Source of the DNA: the human T2T-CHM13v2.0 reference genome, Homo sapiens
Direction: 5' to 3' (one strand)
Assembly: GCF_009914755.1 (NCBI RefSeq)
Contig: NC_060936.1
Length of the DNA: 64,000 nt
Positions 40,271 to 56,522 of this stretch are shown one piece after another; the first letter of the stretch is position 1, and the number at the start of each line of letters is the position of its first letter. The position numbers were made by a program, and so were the translations under genes. The notes below the pieces were generated by a model, which was given only the letters and a program-made list of their open reading frames with translations, was not told the DNA's origin and searched no databases.

Positions 40271-42139
40271 AACTTTTGTTACAGAGACCTTGCTGAGATC
40301 CCGAAAGTGTAGAAGTTAAAAGAACTTTCTCTTCCACTACTGGAGAATAAAACATAAACCTGTTGGCATCTTGGAATATAAAGCCCTTCAAATTCTGAGC
40401 CTGAGTTATTTTAGCTGTCTATGCTTACCTCTCTCTATGACTCAGATATCTTATTCTCTGCTTAGCAAATACATGGGCCATTGGCTACAACTACTTTATC
40501 CTCACTCACAGATGCCATGACTAATTGCTTATGGCAGTTTTTCCTATTGAGACCGGATATAGCCATATAATCTTTTATGACTTCAGACATCCATTACAGT
40601 TAGTCATGGGAGATGGGAATGTTGACAACTCAGATTTATAATTTGATCAAATTGAACTCTTTAATATGTTCTGTGCACTTGCTGCTCTTTCTTAACTCAA
40701 AGCCTTTACTTATGCAGTCCCTTCTACCTGAAAGACACTTCTCCCACTATCTCTCTATTGGACCAGATGCTAAAATCTGCCCCACTATGAGGCTTTATTC
40801 TCCATGTTAAACATAAGCTTTTCCTCTTTTCTACTTTGTCGGCATTTTTTGTTCTATTAATACATTCACACTTTGTTGCATTATCTTTGATATTGGGGTA
40901 CACATTTCAAGGAGCAGTCACAGCTTGCTAATGATTTTATCATGCATGACACCTTGCTTGTAATGGATGATCATTAAACACTTGTCAAATTCAAATGTAT
41001 TTGGGTTTTTGTGTAAAAATATAAAGAAAAAAGTTAATATATAGGTCCTTAAATTGAGCATGCCTGTCATCGGTATTTTAAACAAAGCTTATGTAATCTA
41101 GACTTCATAATCACTGTCTGAGTTTATAATTGCTGTTATATTCAACCATTCCATAGTTCTATTGTCAATATTTATATCTGAAGAAGTAGGATACTATTTA
41201 TAAATACTCTTTTGAAAATTGTTTTAAACTTTCCATAGTTACCTTTGTTAAGAAAGGATATATTTGTTTTTAAGAAGCAATAGAGTCTAGCAAATCTTTA
41301 GATTTTAAGAAATAGCACAGTTTCACACAAACTACTTAAAACAATCTGAAAAGAAGAAGAAAGTGACACGTTTGGGAAAAAGATAAAGATGAAGATATTT
41401 CCAAAAATACACATGGAATTATAATTAGATTTTGGTGATGCTGAGGTGGTTGAATATATGAACATAGTAAATGTAAGTATTACCCCCAAATTATATGAAT
41501 TAATATAGGCCAAAGCTTTTTTGAGAAATTCTGAAGTCCCACATATAATCTTTGGAAAGCATTTCTTAATTCCTTCTAGGCAGACAAAATTATGTGGTAC
41601 TTTGTTCAATCATGTGTATAAAAATTACTGAGCTATAATTTAATCTTACTATTACTTATTTATGGGTCAATTTCCCAACTCTTGATGTCAGAAACTGTTT
41701 TTGTTGGGTTTTTATTTTTTTAAAAACATTCTGAGTACCTAACAGAGTGTTTAGCACCATAAAGGTGCTTGATAGGTGTTTGTTGAGTCAAAGAATGGAG
41801 ACTCCCTAGATCTGGTTCAACCAAGTTTCATCTTTCTTTCCAGGTCAAATTCACATATCTAATCTGTGAAATCTCCCTTGCTTTATATTGCAGTATGTAA
41901 CTCACTAAATTCTAATTATTTGCAAGTTTCATCTCCTTCCTACTCTAATCTCCATGGAGGTAAAAACTTGCTTATATATCTCCAGATTCTACCATCATAA
42001 CTCATAATTAGTAAGTGTTTGAATAAATAAATGAGTAAAATAACAAATTAGTCTGATTTTACATACTGAGCACTCAAAAAGTCTCTTTTAACCTCAATAA
42101 CCTTCTTATATTATCAATATCTGTCTTTTAAAGTTACCA

Positions 42140-42186
42140 ATATCTATCTTTCTTTCTATCTTATCTGTCTCTATTATCTATCTATC

Positions 42187-42241
<55 letters not shown>

Positions 42242-42245
42242 ATCT
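42140..42245. repeat. (TCTA)n tetranucleotide STR
   Basis: ~13 perfect units at ~42188-42241 with degenerate flanks. Confidence 0.95.
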
Positions 42246-42852
42246 CTGTGTCTATGCATTCTTTTATCCATTCTCTCTCATTGCTTAAGAGTATGCAGGA
42301 GTATCTAAAGCATGAAGTGTGCCTTGGGCAGCTCAGATTCTGGTAGGATTCTTGGGAGCCACTGCTGGCCTGAAGGCCATATGAGGATGCTAAGCACAGA
42401 AGAGAGGTCACTCAGTAGATTAGGCTGGAAGAACAACTTCCCACATCACTGAGCTCTCACATTTTATACAATTGAAAATAACTTACTAGCATATTGAAGC
42501 TGGCAGTTATGCAAATTTGTGAAAAGATTGCTAGTTGAATTACAAATGTGAGAACAATGCAAGTTAATGATGTATTTGGTGTTTATAATAATGTGAAATA
42601 CAGAGGTCTAGCCACTTGCTCAGAGGTAAACAGTCAGCTAGAGTAATAAAGTAGAAGATTGCTCCTGAGGATTAATTTCCGCTTGTCCTTTTCTTTAATA
42701 ATGAGATCACCTTATATCAAATACATGACATCCCTGTCTACATAATTCAAGAAAACTAGAAGAATTTTTTGGAGTGTGTCTTGTCATCCAGATTCATAGA
42801 TAGTTAAACTGCAAAGGTACAAGTATAAATATCTTATTTCTTACCATAATAA

Positions 42853-43126
<274 letters not shown>

Positions 43127-45620
43127 AAGGGATCACAGTTTTGACATAAAAGTTATTTTAAAGTGAAAACAGTTAAAATCTTATCTGCATTTCTCTTATC
43201 TTTGGATCATGGTGGCTGCATCCACTATTTGGACCTAAGCAGGTAGAGGAAAAGCTGCATCCAAACAGAAACTTTTGGAAATAGAGCTGTCATTAACTTC
43301 TCTGCTTCCCACCTCCTACCTCACCCCAGGAGTTTCCTGAGAATTCTAGGAAGAAGACTGATTGACCTTTCCCAGTGGCGTTAAAAAATTACTCTTCCAT
43401 ATTTTCTTATTGAAACATCCCCTTCCCCTACTCCTGCTTTTATCAAGTTGTAATTGTGAAGTTGGTATGTAAACCTTTACTTCTGAGTATCCAGTGGGTG
43501 AGTGAATACTCCTGAGTAACTTTTGTGTACATGTATAGCAAACCTTTTCTATGTTCCTGGTAATCTATCTGATATTAGCTAATTTTCAGATCCTTGATAA
43601 TTTGAACCTAAGCAGGTAGAGGAAAAGTTGTCCTCCAACTTTTTTGATGATGAGAATGGGACAGTCAAAACTCCCTGTTCACTCTGGGGACTACAGGTGA
43701 GAACTTGGGACATCTGATTAAGCCAATAAGGGCAAATTTTCCTACCAGGCAGACTACTGGGTGTCTGCTTCAGGTCCAGTTGAGCGAGATTGGTATTAGC
43801 CTTTTTTTGTCTTTCCTTTCCAAAATTTAGATTGGCAGGAGAAAACACTTGTAGAGACTAGTTCTTTAGAGTATTGTTTCTCTTCTTTTGCATTTTCTTG
43901 TTATGGGTCCTTCCCTTTCAAGTGATAGTAACTGTGTCTGCCCATTTGTCTCTGTTTTTTCTTGTTGTGTGCCATAAGGAAGAGAATCATAGGCCAGAAT
44001 ACAGGCATATAAGGCTGTTGTTTGAGATGGCCTCACTGACTTGTGAGTTTGTGAGATACCTATTAAATTGGATGATGTTGTCCTTCTATATCAATTTTGT
44101 GTCCAGAAAGAGCTTAATTTGGATACAAAGAGAGCATTCTCTCAGGTTCTATGCCCTCCAGCAGCACATATTGTCAGTTCTGCACGCATAGGTGGCCCAC
44201 CATCAGGTTAGGGTCCAAGAGTTACAGTCAGCCAGGTAGAAATGTGGGTAGTCTGGGTACCCCATTTGCAACTGGCATCCTATTGAACATTGGCCAGCTT
44301 TCGGGGGTTTCATCTAAGTCTACATCAAAAAGGGTCTCAACTCATAAGCACCCTTCCTTCTTTCCCTTTCTTTTTCTCACTGTCTATTAAAACATGAGTC
44401 CTTGCTTTATTTCTGCTCAGCTATTTTTGGGGAGTGACTTTAGATCATGGTGGCTGCATCCACTATTTGGAACTAAGCGGGTAGAGGAAAAGCTGTATCC
44501 AACTTTACCTGCTTAGGTGCAAATAATCAAGGATCTGAAAATTAGCTAACATCAGACAAATTACCAGGAACATAGAAAAGCTTTACTTATACATGAGATC
44601 ATTATATTCCGCACCTTCTCTGGGGACACCTCTTCTGTGCATGGATAAGCCATAAAAAGGCTTATTGATTTGAGTCACATTTGGAATGAGTATACTTTCT
44701 GAAGCTGGGTTAGAATCCAGGCTGCTTTGTTTGGGAGAAGGTACCTCTTACATTAAAATTTTTCTTCTTGACTTTTTGTTTTCAGCCTTCTTTGTTCTCC
44801 GTACCCTACCCTGCTCTCTCATGGGAACTTCTCAGTAAAGTGAAACCTGCCAACAGCCTTCATAAAACCCCTATGACTATGTGCTCCACCATTACAGTGC
44901 TGCCACTGTCTGCTTCCTTTCTTTTCGGCATGACTTTTCCAAGGATCATTTAAAAGTTCAATGGCTTCTTTGAGAAAACTTATTCCTCTAAGACCTTTCT
45001 TTTCTTTCTCCAGTCTCTCAACTCCCTAGAGTCATTGGTACTTTAGGGCACTGGGGTCTTTCAAGAGACCCCAGAAGAAAAGATCTGGTGCTAAAGAGGA
45101 TAAATAAAATAGACTGGATATTATCCACTCAGATGGACTTTGGAGGCATGCAGGTGACCGCTTACTGCATCCTTAGCCCCTTCACCTTAAATTTATTAAG
45201 TTGTTCACAGTCTCCATAATATTACATATGAAAATTTAAAAATCTCCTTTACAAATATTCATAAAAAAGCTTTAGCCCTTATATTGAGCAAGTAACAACT
45301 TGTTCCATTTGTCAGAAATGTAATTTGGATAAAAATACACAGTGAAGCAAAGACGAAAACCAACCCAAATACATACTAGTGAGTTTTATATTAGTATACT
45401 TATGCTTGATGCATAGCTAAGTTTTTGGAATGAAAGCCATAAAGATCTCTACTTGCAACTGTCTCTCTGTCTGTACGTATGTTAAGTGTATGTGTACTTT
45501 CCAACCTCTGAGTGTCATGACCAAATTAGTAAAAGAGCTCTATTCTGATTGGCTTGGAGAAAAATAAGTGCTTTAATAAATCGACTATTCCTAAAATTGT
45601 CAGAAATGTTGGAACATTAT

Positions 45621-45943
45621 AGTTGACACATAAAATCAACTATAATAAGTCCACCCCTTGTCAACTTGGCATCCATCTACATTTCCTTAAAGCATACTTA
45701 TTTTCCAAATAAAGAAAATAACAAAGTCATAATTTTACCTAACATGATACAGCTGTCCTGCTTACAACCAAAAATGCACTAATTCCTTTCCAAGAAGAGG
45801 AGATAAAATTCTTGAGTGTGTTTACTCTTCTACTTGCTATCCAACAACTTAAAAACTACAATACATAATTAATAATACTTAAACATGATGATGTAAAGTT
45901 ACATCTTTTGTTACATGGTAAGAAAATACAAGAGAGAAGAAAA
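45621..45943 (-). mobile_element. ERVL (MLT2-associated) internal 3' end plus the first ~27 bp of its LTR
   Basis: AGTTGACACATAAAATCAAC...AGTCCACCCCTTGTCAACTTG is the reverse complement of the ERVL PPT and MLT2 LTR start. Confidence 0.7.
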
Positions 45944-46702
45944 TGAAACCACCTTTGCAAAATTATAACAGTAAGATAAATCTGGCTTGCTTCTAACCCC
46001 CAAGCTCCAAGCTCCTCTAAGTCTACCTTGCTTTTAACCTACAAGCTGTCCTTACTCAATCCTGGGCATGGGCCAAGCTAACTTTTGGAGGAATTTAGTT
46101 TATAGTTTAACTTTAAAGCAAGAATGATAATAGCCCTTCCAAAAACTAAACCACCTTTGAAAAATGAATGAGAGACCACGAGGTTAGATTATAAGAGAGG
46201 ACTGTATTCTGTTAAGACATAGGCATAATTTCTGTAATGTTTTACTGCTCAGGTCTCATGTGGCCAGAGATGACAGAATTTGTGACTTCCTCAATTTCTC
46301 CTATAAATAACATCACTATTGTGGAACCTCAATGGTCTTTTGAGAATCTTTTCAAACTTCCTGGCAAGTGACTGACCCTGCCAAGACCTGTGACTCATGA
46401 CTCAACTGGTCCTGTGGCCCCCACTCAGAGGAGAACTCAGCACACAAGAATTGTTTTCCACACTCCTATGATTTCATCTTCAACCAATCAGCAGCACTCA
46501 TTTCCTAGCCACCTGCCCACAAAATGCTTCATAAAAACCTTAACTTTCAAGCTTTCAGGAAGACCAATTTGAGTGATAACTCTAGTTCTCCCATGTGGCT
46601 GGCCTCTAATCAATTAAACTGTTTCTCTACTGCAATGCTGCAGTCTCAGTGAATTGATTTTTTTTTGTGCAGTGGGCAAGAAAAGCCCATTGGGCAATTA
46701 AA
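45944..46702 (+). mobile_element. LTR8-family solo LTR
   Basis: TGAAACCACCTTTGCAAAATTATAAC start; GCAGTGGGCAAG....CCCATTGGGCAATTA end. Confidence 0.85.
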
Positions 46703-46923
46703 AAAATACTTAAAATATATACTATATATAATTACATATATCTGACATATGTGAATATATATAATATATATTTCTATTTTATTTATATATTTATATTTGT
46801 GTATATATAACATTTATGATATAAATGATGATTCATGAGGCCATTCTTTAAAATAATAATAATAACATTTATAATATGATGTTATAAATATGTAACAATT
46901 ATATATTATACTTATATTTATAA

Positions 46924-47237
<314 letters not shown>

Positions 47238-47920
47238 TATTATATATTAAATAATAATTTATATCTGGCACATATATAATTTTATATATAATATAATATA
47301 TGTAATTTGATATATATATGCCTAAAAATAGTGTCCAAAATCTTTTTAGTAACTTCCAATCTTAAAGTTACGCTAAACTAAGCTAAACAATAAATATCTA
47401 TAATACATCCAGATTATTTCTAAGTAAGAAAAAATACTGACATAGTTATAAATTTAAGTTTACATATTTTTTACTTTTTTTCTTCCGGAGACTAAGAATA
47501 TTTGGATCCGTTGATAAGCATGGTCATTTGCAGATGGAAAAAAATTTACTATAAAGAAAAATATATCTTTAAAAGTTGTATGATGGTATATTCATAAAAT
47601 TTGATTACTACAAAGTGCTGCTATGTGACAAGCAATTGATAATTGTTTATTTCCTAGTTTTCCCTGTAAAATAAATGTTATTAATGGTTAATCATTATAG
47701 TCTATGTATGTAAATAAAACTACCAGAAACAATAAGAATGAAGGGAAACTTTTATATGTAAGGTATGCAAGGAATATAGAATGTGCTTTGTTAAGAGAAA
47801 AAGAGTAACTTGATTGTATAATAAAATGACTGGTTTTGTGTGGAGAGAGAGAGAGGAAAAAATGTAGGAAAAAACCTGAATGGCTCTAGAAAGCTGTAAA
47901 AGGTTTGTGGAGAAGAGAGC

Positions 47921-48325
47921 TCCTGATCACCATGAGCTCCTCAGGTTAGTTCATCTACAGACAATTGGGTTGCCTCCAAAAATTGGGCAAGAAAGAATCA
48001 AGAGAGTGCCTGGGTTCCACATGTGCCTCACCTTGTCTGCACTGTGGGACAGCAGCCTACTTTCTCCTGATTATCGGAGTCGATTTCCCCTCATCAGGAA
48101 AGCTTACCCTTTTAATCCTCATTTCTGGAAGCAAGAAATCCAAAATACCTGGGCAAGAGACATAGCTGAAAGTTAAATGTGGGAATCTTCCGTTTCCCTG
48201 GTGAAATCTGTCTTGCTTTAGGAACCAGAACTTTTAAACCTGCAAAGCCCAGAACTGTGGGGATGGGGAGCACAAATTTCTCCTGAGTGGGTCACCGAGA
48301 ATGACGGTGCATGAGGCCATTCTTT
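47921..48325 (-). mobile_element. HERV16/ERVL internal (dUTPase region), inverted duplicate of 54152-54557
   Basis: Reverse complement aligns with 54152-54557. Confidence 0.85.
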
Positions 48326-48645
48326 AAAAATAATAATAATAATAAATATTATTGTGTATACTCTAGATATGTAACATGATATTATGGGATACATCTAGAC
48401 AATAAAATGATTAGTGAAGAAAATTAACATATCCATTATCTAACAGTTACTCATTTTTTTTGTTTCTGTGGCAAGAGCAGCTAAAATCTAGTCATTTAGC
48501 AGAAATCCCAGATACAGTACATTTTTATTACCTAGAATCTTTACATTAGATCTCTAGACTTAGTTCATCCTATGTATCTGCTATTTTGTATGCTTTGACC
48601 TACATCTCCTTATTATTTCCCCTCCACCACCTCGCCCCTAGATAC
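48326..48645 (-). mobile_element. L1MA 3'UTR, inverted duplicate of 53837-54151
   Basis: GAGCAGCTAAAATCTAGTCATTT and TATCTGCTATTTTGTATGCTTTGACCTA are reverse complements of 53880-54005. Confidence 0.85.
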
Positions 48646-48735
48646 TTCTCTGAGATGCTATCTCAGCTGTGCCCTCAACAGCCATTTGATCACTTCGGCC
48701 ATTTCTGGAAGATGCAGTATTTGATCACACCAGTA
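48646..48735 (-). pseudogene. ERVL/HERV16 integrase remnant
   Basis: Minus strand translates WCDQILHLPEMAEVIKWLLRAQLR*HL, resembling the ERVL integrase motif W.YH.PHHPEAAGLIE.WNGLLK.QL. Confidence 0.55.
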
Positions 48736-49156
48736 ACATAATTCAAACTCAATAGGATATATGAGTAAACAAAAGAAAAGGAAGTATGCCCTGTCTTTAC
48801 ACATCTTACATTCTATGGTGGAAGATAACATCTTTTAACCAGAAACCTGTAAACAATCTAAACTTGAATCTTTCTAACAACACAGCATTACAAATAAAAA
48901 CAAAACAAAAAACAGTAAGAGAAGTACAAAGAGAAACAGACAAATTTACTATCATAGATCACAGTGGGAGATGTTAATATCCACTACTATCTGAGTAATG
49001 GATGGACCTAATAACAGCAGCAGCAACAACAAAACAGTAAAAGTATAGAATATTTCAACAACATAAATAATAGCCTGATATGTAGCCATTATAAAGAACA
49101 TCACTGTAAACAACTATGGAATATATCATCTTTTCTTGCTAACCCAGAACATTTCT

Positions 49157-52129
<2,973 letters not shown>

Positions 52130-52374
52130 CTAACCCAGAAGATTTCTAAATATTTTCCACATACTGGCCCATAAAGCTTACCTTAACGAATGTCGAAAGA
52201 TTGGAATCAAAGGAACTATTCTGTTTCTGCAAATGCAATTATCTCAGAAATCAACATCCAAAGACTGATTAGAAAAATCCCATGTGTTTGGAAATTAGAC
52301 ATTCCTGAATAACTGAGGGACCCAAGGAAGAACACAATGAAAATGAGAAAATATACAGAACTGACTGATAATGG

Positions 52375-54151
52375 CAAGGAAATCACCACTTCCTAAATAT
52401 ACCTGCACTAGCATGTTCATTGCAACATTATTTACAGTAGCCAAGATACAGAAATAAGTGTCTGTCGACGAACAAATGGATATATATATATAATGAAATA
52501 GTATTCAGCTTTTTATATATAAACAGTGGAATGGTATATATATATATACACACACACTATATATCCTATAGTGTGTGTGTGTGTATATATATATATATAC
52601 ACACACTACATATCCTATAGTTCATATACATACACACTACATATGCTATAGTGTATATACATATACACTACATATGCTATAGTGCATATACATATACACC
52701 ACATATGCTATAGTGCATATACATATACACCACATATGCTATAGTGCATATACATATACACCACATATGCTATAGTGCATATACATATACACCACATATG
52801 CTATGGTGCATATACATATACACTACATATCCTATGGTGCATATACATATACACTATATATCCTATATATACTATATATAGTGTGTGTGTGTATATATCC
52901 TATATATGCACACAAGGGTAAACAAGACAAAAGGATATATATCCTATATATATACTATAGTATATATATCCTATATATATACTATAGTATATATATCCTA
53001 TATATATACTATAGTATATATATCCTATATATATACTATAGTATATATATCCTATATATATACTATAGTATATATATCCTATATATATACTATAGTATAT
53101 ATATCCTATATATATACATATATACTATATCCTATATATATACTATAGTATATATATCCTATATATATACATATATACTATAGTATATATATCCTATATA
53201 TATACATATATACTATAGTATATATTCCTATATATATACATATATACTATAGTATATATATCCTATATATATACATATATACTATAGTATATATATCCTA
53301 TATATATACATATATACTATAGTATATATATCCTATATATATACATATATACTATAGTATATATATCCTATATATATACATATATACTATAGTATATATA
53401 TCCTATATATATACATATATACTATAGTATATATATCCTATATATATACATATATACTATAGTGTATATAGGATATATATACTATAGTGTATATAGGATA
53501 TATATACTATAGGATATATAGGATATATATACTATAGGATATATAGGATATATATACTATAGGATATATAGTATATATGTATATAAACAATGGAATCATT
53601 TATATATATATACACGGTGGAATATACACATTATATATATATATTGTTTCTCTTTACTTTGTTGTTTTTGTTATATATATAAACAGTGGAATAGTATTCA
53701 GCCTTACAAAAGGAGATCTTGCCATGTCTGGACCTGGAGGACATTAAGTTAAATGAAACAGAAGTGTTGCATGATCTCACTTATATGTGGAATCTAAAAA
53801 AAAGTTAAATATATAGAGCTAGAAAATAAAACAGTAGTTATCAAGGGCAAAGGGTGGAGGGGAGATCATGAGGAGATATAGGTCAAAGCATACAAAATAG
53901 CAGATATGTATGATGAAGAATTCTAGAGATCTACTGTGAGGATTATAAGTAATAAAATTATACTATATTTGGGATTTCTGCAAAATGACTAGATTTTAGC
54001 TGCTCCTGCCATAAAAACTAATGTAACTATGTTAGATGATGAATATGTTAATTTTCTTCATGACAGAAACCATTTTATTATCTAGGTGTATCGCATAATA
54101 TCATGTTACATACCTGAATATACACAATAACATTTATTATTATTATTTTTC
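52375..54151 (+). mobile_element. L1MA(4/5-like) 3' end interrupted by an AT-rich VNTR
   Basis: CATGTTCATTGCAACATTATTTACAGTAGCCAAGATA...; resumes GGAATAGTATTCAGCC...CTCACTTATATGTGGAATCT. Confidence 0.85.
52480..53682. repeat. Compound AT-rich minisatellite (31-, 27-, 35- and inverted 25-bp units)
   Basis: 31-mer AGTGCATATACATATACACCACATATGCTAT; 27-mer TATATATATCCTATATATATACTATAG; 35-mer variant; orientation flips at ~53460. Confidence 0.95.
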
Positions 54152-54804
54152 AAAGAACGGCCTCATGCACCATCATTCCCAGTGACTCACTCAGGAGAAA
54201 TCTGTGCTTCCCATCCCCATAGTTCTGGGCTTTGCAGGTTTAAAAGTCGTGGTTCCCAAAGCCAGACAGATTTCACCAGGGGGAAATAACAAAATTCAAA
54301 TTAACTTTCAGCTATGCCTCCTGCCCAGGCATTTTGGATTTCTTGTTTCAAGATATTAGAAGATAAAAAGAATAAACTTTCTCAATGAGGGCAATGGACT
54401 CTCATAATCAGGAGAAAGTAGACTGCTGTCCCACAGTGCAGGCAACAGATACTCCAGCACTCCCATGGGGTATCTTTTGATTCTTCCTTGCCCAATTTTT
54501 GGAAACAATACAGGTGTCTGTGGAGGAACCAACCTGAGAAGGGCATGGTCATCAGGACTTCAGATTCCTCAGAGATGAGGGTCTGGATCACACCACTAGG
54601 TAAGCCACCAAGACCAGCAGAAGTGTTAGCTGTGAGTGAGAGGAATCCCAAATCAATAATATAGGGAGAGATGAGTACCAGCTGCAGGGGTAAGGACTTC
54701 CTCTTGCAGGTTTTCCCAACAAATAGACCCATCAGAATTCTGGAGGAGTGTTCCAGAATTTTTATATATAAATGTAGACCCAAACAGTGCATAGATGGAC
54801 TGAC
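54152..54804 (+). mobile_element. HERV16/ERV3-16A3-like internal 3' region (dUTPase remnant)
   Basis: LPRHFGFL-like motif at ~54321; GATGAGGGTCTGGATCACACCACTAGGTAAGCCACC; leads into LTR16. Confidence 0.75.
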
Positions 54805-54952
54805 TGTAGGAGACACTATGCTGTGCCACCCAACTCCTACCTTCAGGATGAAGGATCTAGTTCCTTTGGTGCTGACAGTGCCTCTGAATGACAGTCCTCA
54901 ATTTCAGCAGTTTCTAGGAATTGCCCTTGACTGTAGAGAGCTGTCTTCCTCT
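54805..54952 (+). mobile_element. LTR16C-like LTR 5' fragment
   Basis: TGTAGGAGACACTATG..GTGCCACCCA...CCTTCAGGA...GGAATTGCCCT. Confidence 0.7.
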
Positions 54953-55875
54953 ACATCATGCAGCTTTTCAATTCACATACCTCTTCTCTATAAATTTTAC
55001 ATAGGTCACATTTTATTTTTTCTTCTATTTCTTGCTTATCTTTTACTTGGCAGAGTTTACATCTGAGACTTCTAAAATAGAATATGTAATAATTCTAAAA
55101 TAGAATATATAATAATAGAATATACTCTCTTTGCCCCTTCAACTTGTTTTAGGGTTTGTATTAGATTTTTTTTTTCACAACACAAATTTAGGGGATTGGT
55201 GTTTAGAGCTTACTATCCCGCCAATTATTTAGCTCCAGATGTTAGGATAGGGGCAGGGTCCTGAGCAACTATCATTTGGATGACTATTTTCATTCTATTT
55301 TTTTTTCCAAAATGATAAACCAAGTCAGAGTTTGAAAATGTAAAGTTCTTACCCAGTACCTTCACTTCTAGTCATCATGTTATCAAATTTGTGGATATTA
55401 GCCAGGTCCACTTTTTAGAATCTTGTCTATGTTTTTCCTTTCCCACTGTACACTACTTTCTCTGGAGGAAAAGTTCCATGTCAGTTTCCCACATCTTTCA
55501 GATGTATCTGGAATCCAGACATGTTTTTCAAAATGTTTGTTTGGAATCATGCTATCATGTGCTGGTGTCAGTGTTGATGTAACTTTTTCATTATTGTAAT
55601 AGGACCAGTCATTGATAAACTAATGTTACTCTTTCAAGCAAATGAACCAAACTTGTTATTCAGAAAATAACTAATAATTGACTGGTTCTTGTGTTTCACT
55701 GATGGAATAGAAGAGCTGGGAGTGGAGTTAATCCCTAGTGTGAGCTACTTTTTTTTTCTAGCACTGTTAAATTATGTTCACAGAATTTGTTTAAATTAAG
55801 TCCTATTTACAGCATACATATTCCTCTGTTATCTATAGTAATGAAAAACAACATTTAATAAGCAAATAAGTGTGT

Positions 55876-55945
55876 TGTGTTAGAGTTCTCTGGAGAAATG
55901 GAACTAATAAGATATGTAGATAGATAGGTAGGTAGATAGATAGAT

Positions 55946-55987
<42 letters not shown>

Positions 55988-56522
55988 CAGATAGACAGAC
56001 AGATAGATGAGAGGGGATTTATTAGGGAAATTGGCTCATGCAGTTAGAGAAGCTGAGAAATCCCACAATAGGTCATCAGCAAGCTGGATGACTAAGGAGG
56101 CTGGTACATGGCTCAGTCCAAGTCTGAAGTCCTCACAACCAGGGAAGCAGAGAAGGCAATGGTATAACTTTTGGTCTGAGGCCAAAAACCTGACAATCCT
56201 TGGGAACTCCTAGTGCAAGTCCTGAAGTCCAAAGGCTGGAGAACCTGGAGTTCTGATGTCCAAGGACAGAAGAAGAAGGTGTTCCAGCTCCACCATATGG
56301 GGCAAATTCACCCTTCCTCTGCCTTTTTGTTCTATCTGAGCTGTTAGCCCATTAGATGGTATCCACCCACATTGGGAATAGATCTTCCTTACTCAGTCTA
56401 CTGATTCAAATGTCAGTATCTTCTGGAAACATCCTTACAGATATACCCAGAAATAATGCTTTAATGGGTATCTACACATCCCTTGATCCAGTCACATTGA
56501 CACCTAAAAATTAACCACTACA
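55876..56522 (-). mobile_element. MLT2B-like solo LTR containing (GATA)n
   Basis: GTTCTCTGGAGAAA...GGAAATTGGCTCATG...TTGACACCTAAAAATTAACCACTACA. Confidence 0.9.
55917..56008. repeat. Compound (GATA)n/(GGTA)/(GACA) STR
   Basis: Direct reading of the sequence. Confidence 0.95.

Larger units (their letters stand above)
39272..40340 (+). mobile_element. 3' LTR of the MER4-group provirus, split by AluJ/MSTA (pieces 39272-39630 and 40271-40340)
   Basis: Aligns with the 5' LTR (CTTCATCAAAxCTAGCATAAAA; CTTTTGTTACAGAG resumes after the Alu). Confidence 0.8.

Noticed and set aside
52803-53183. ORFs with a 9-aa repeat (IYILYIYYS)
   Set aside because: Translation of the 27-bp VNTR unit.
55070-55116. 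Small tandem duplications (also 11738-11772, 34031-34055, 63898-63922)
   Set aside because: Ordinary slippage duplications of 10-23 bp with no further structure.
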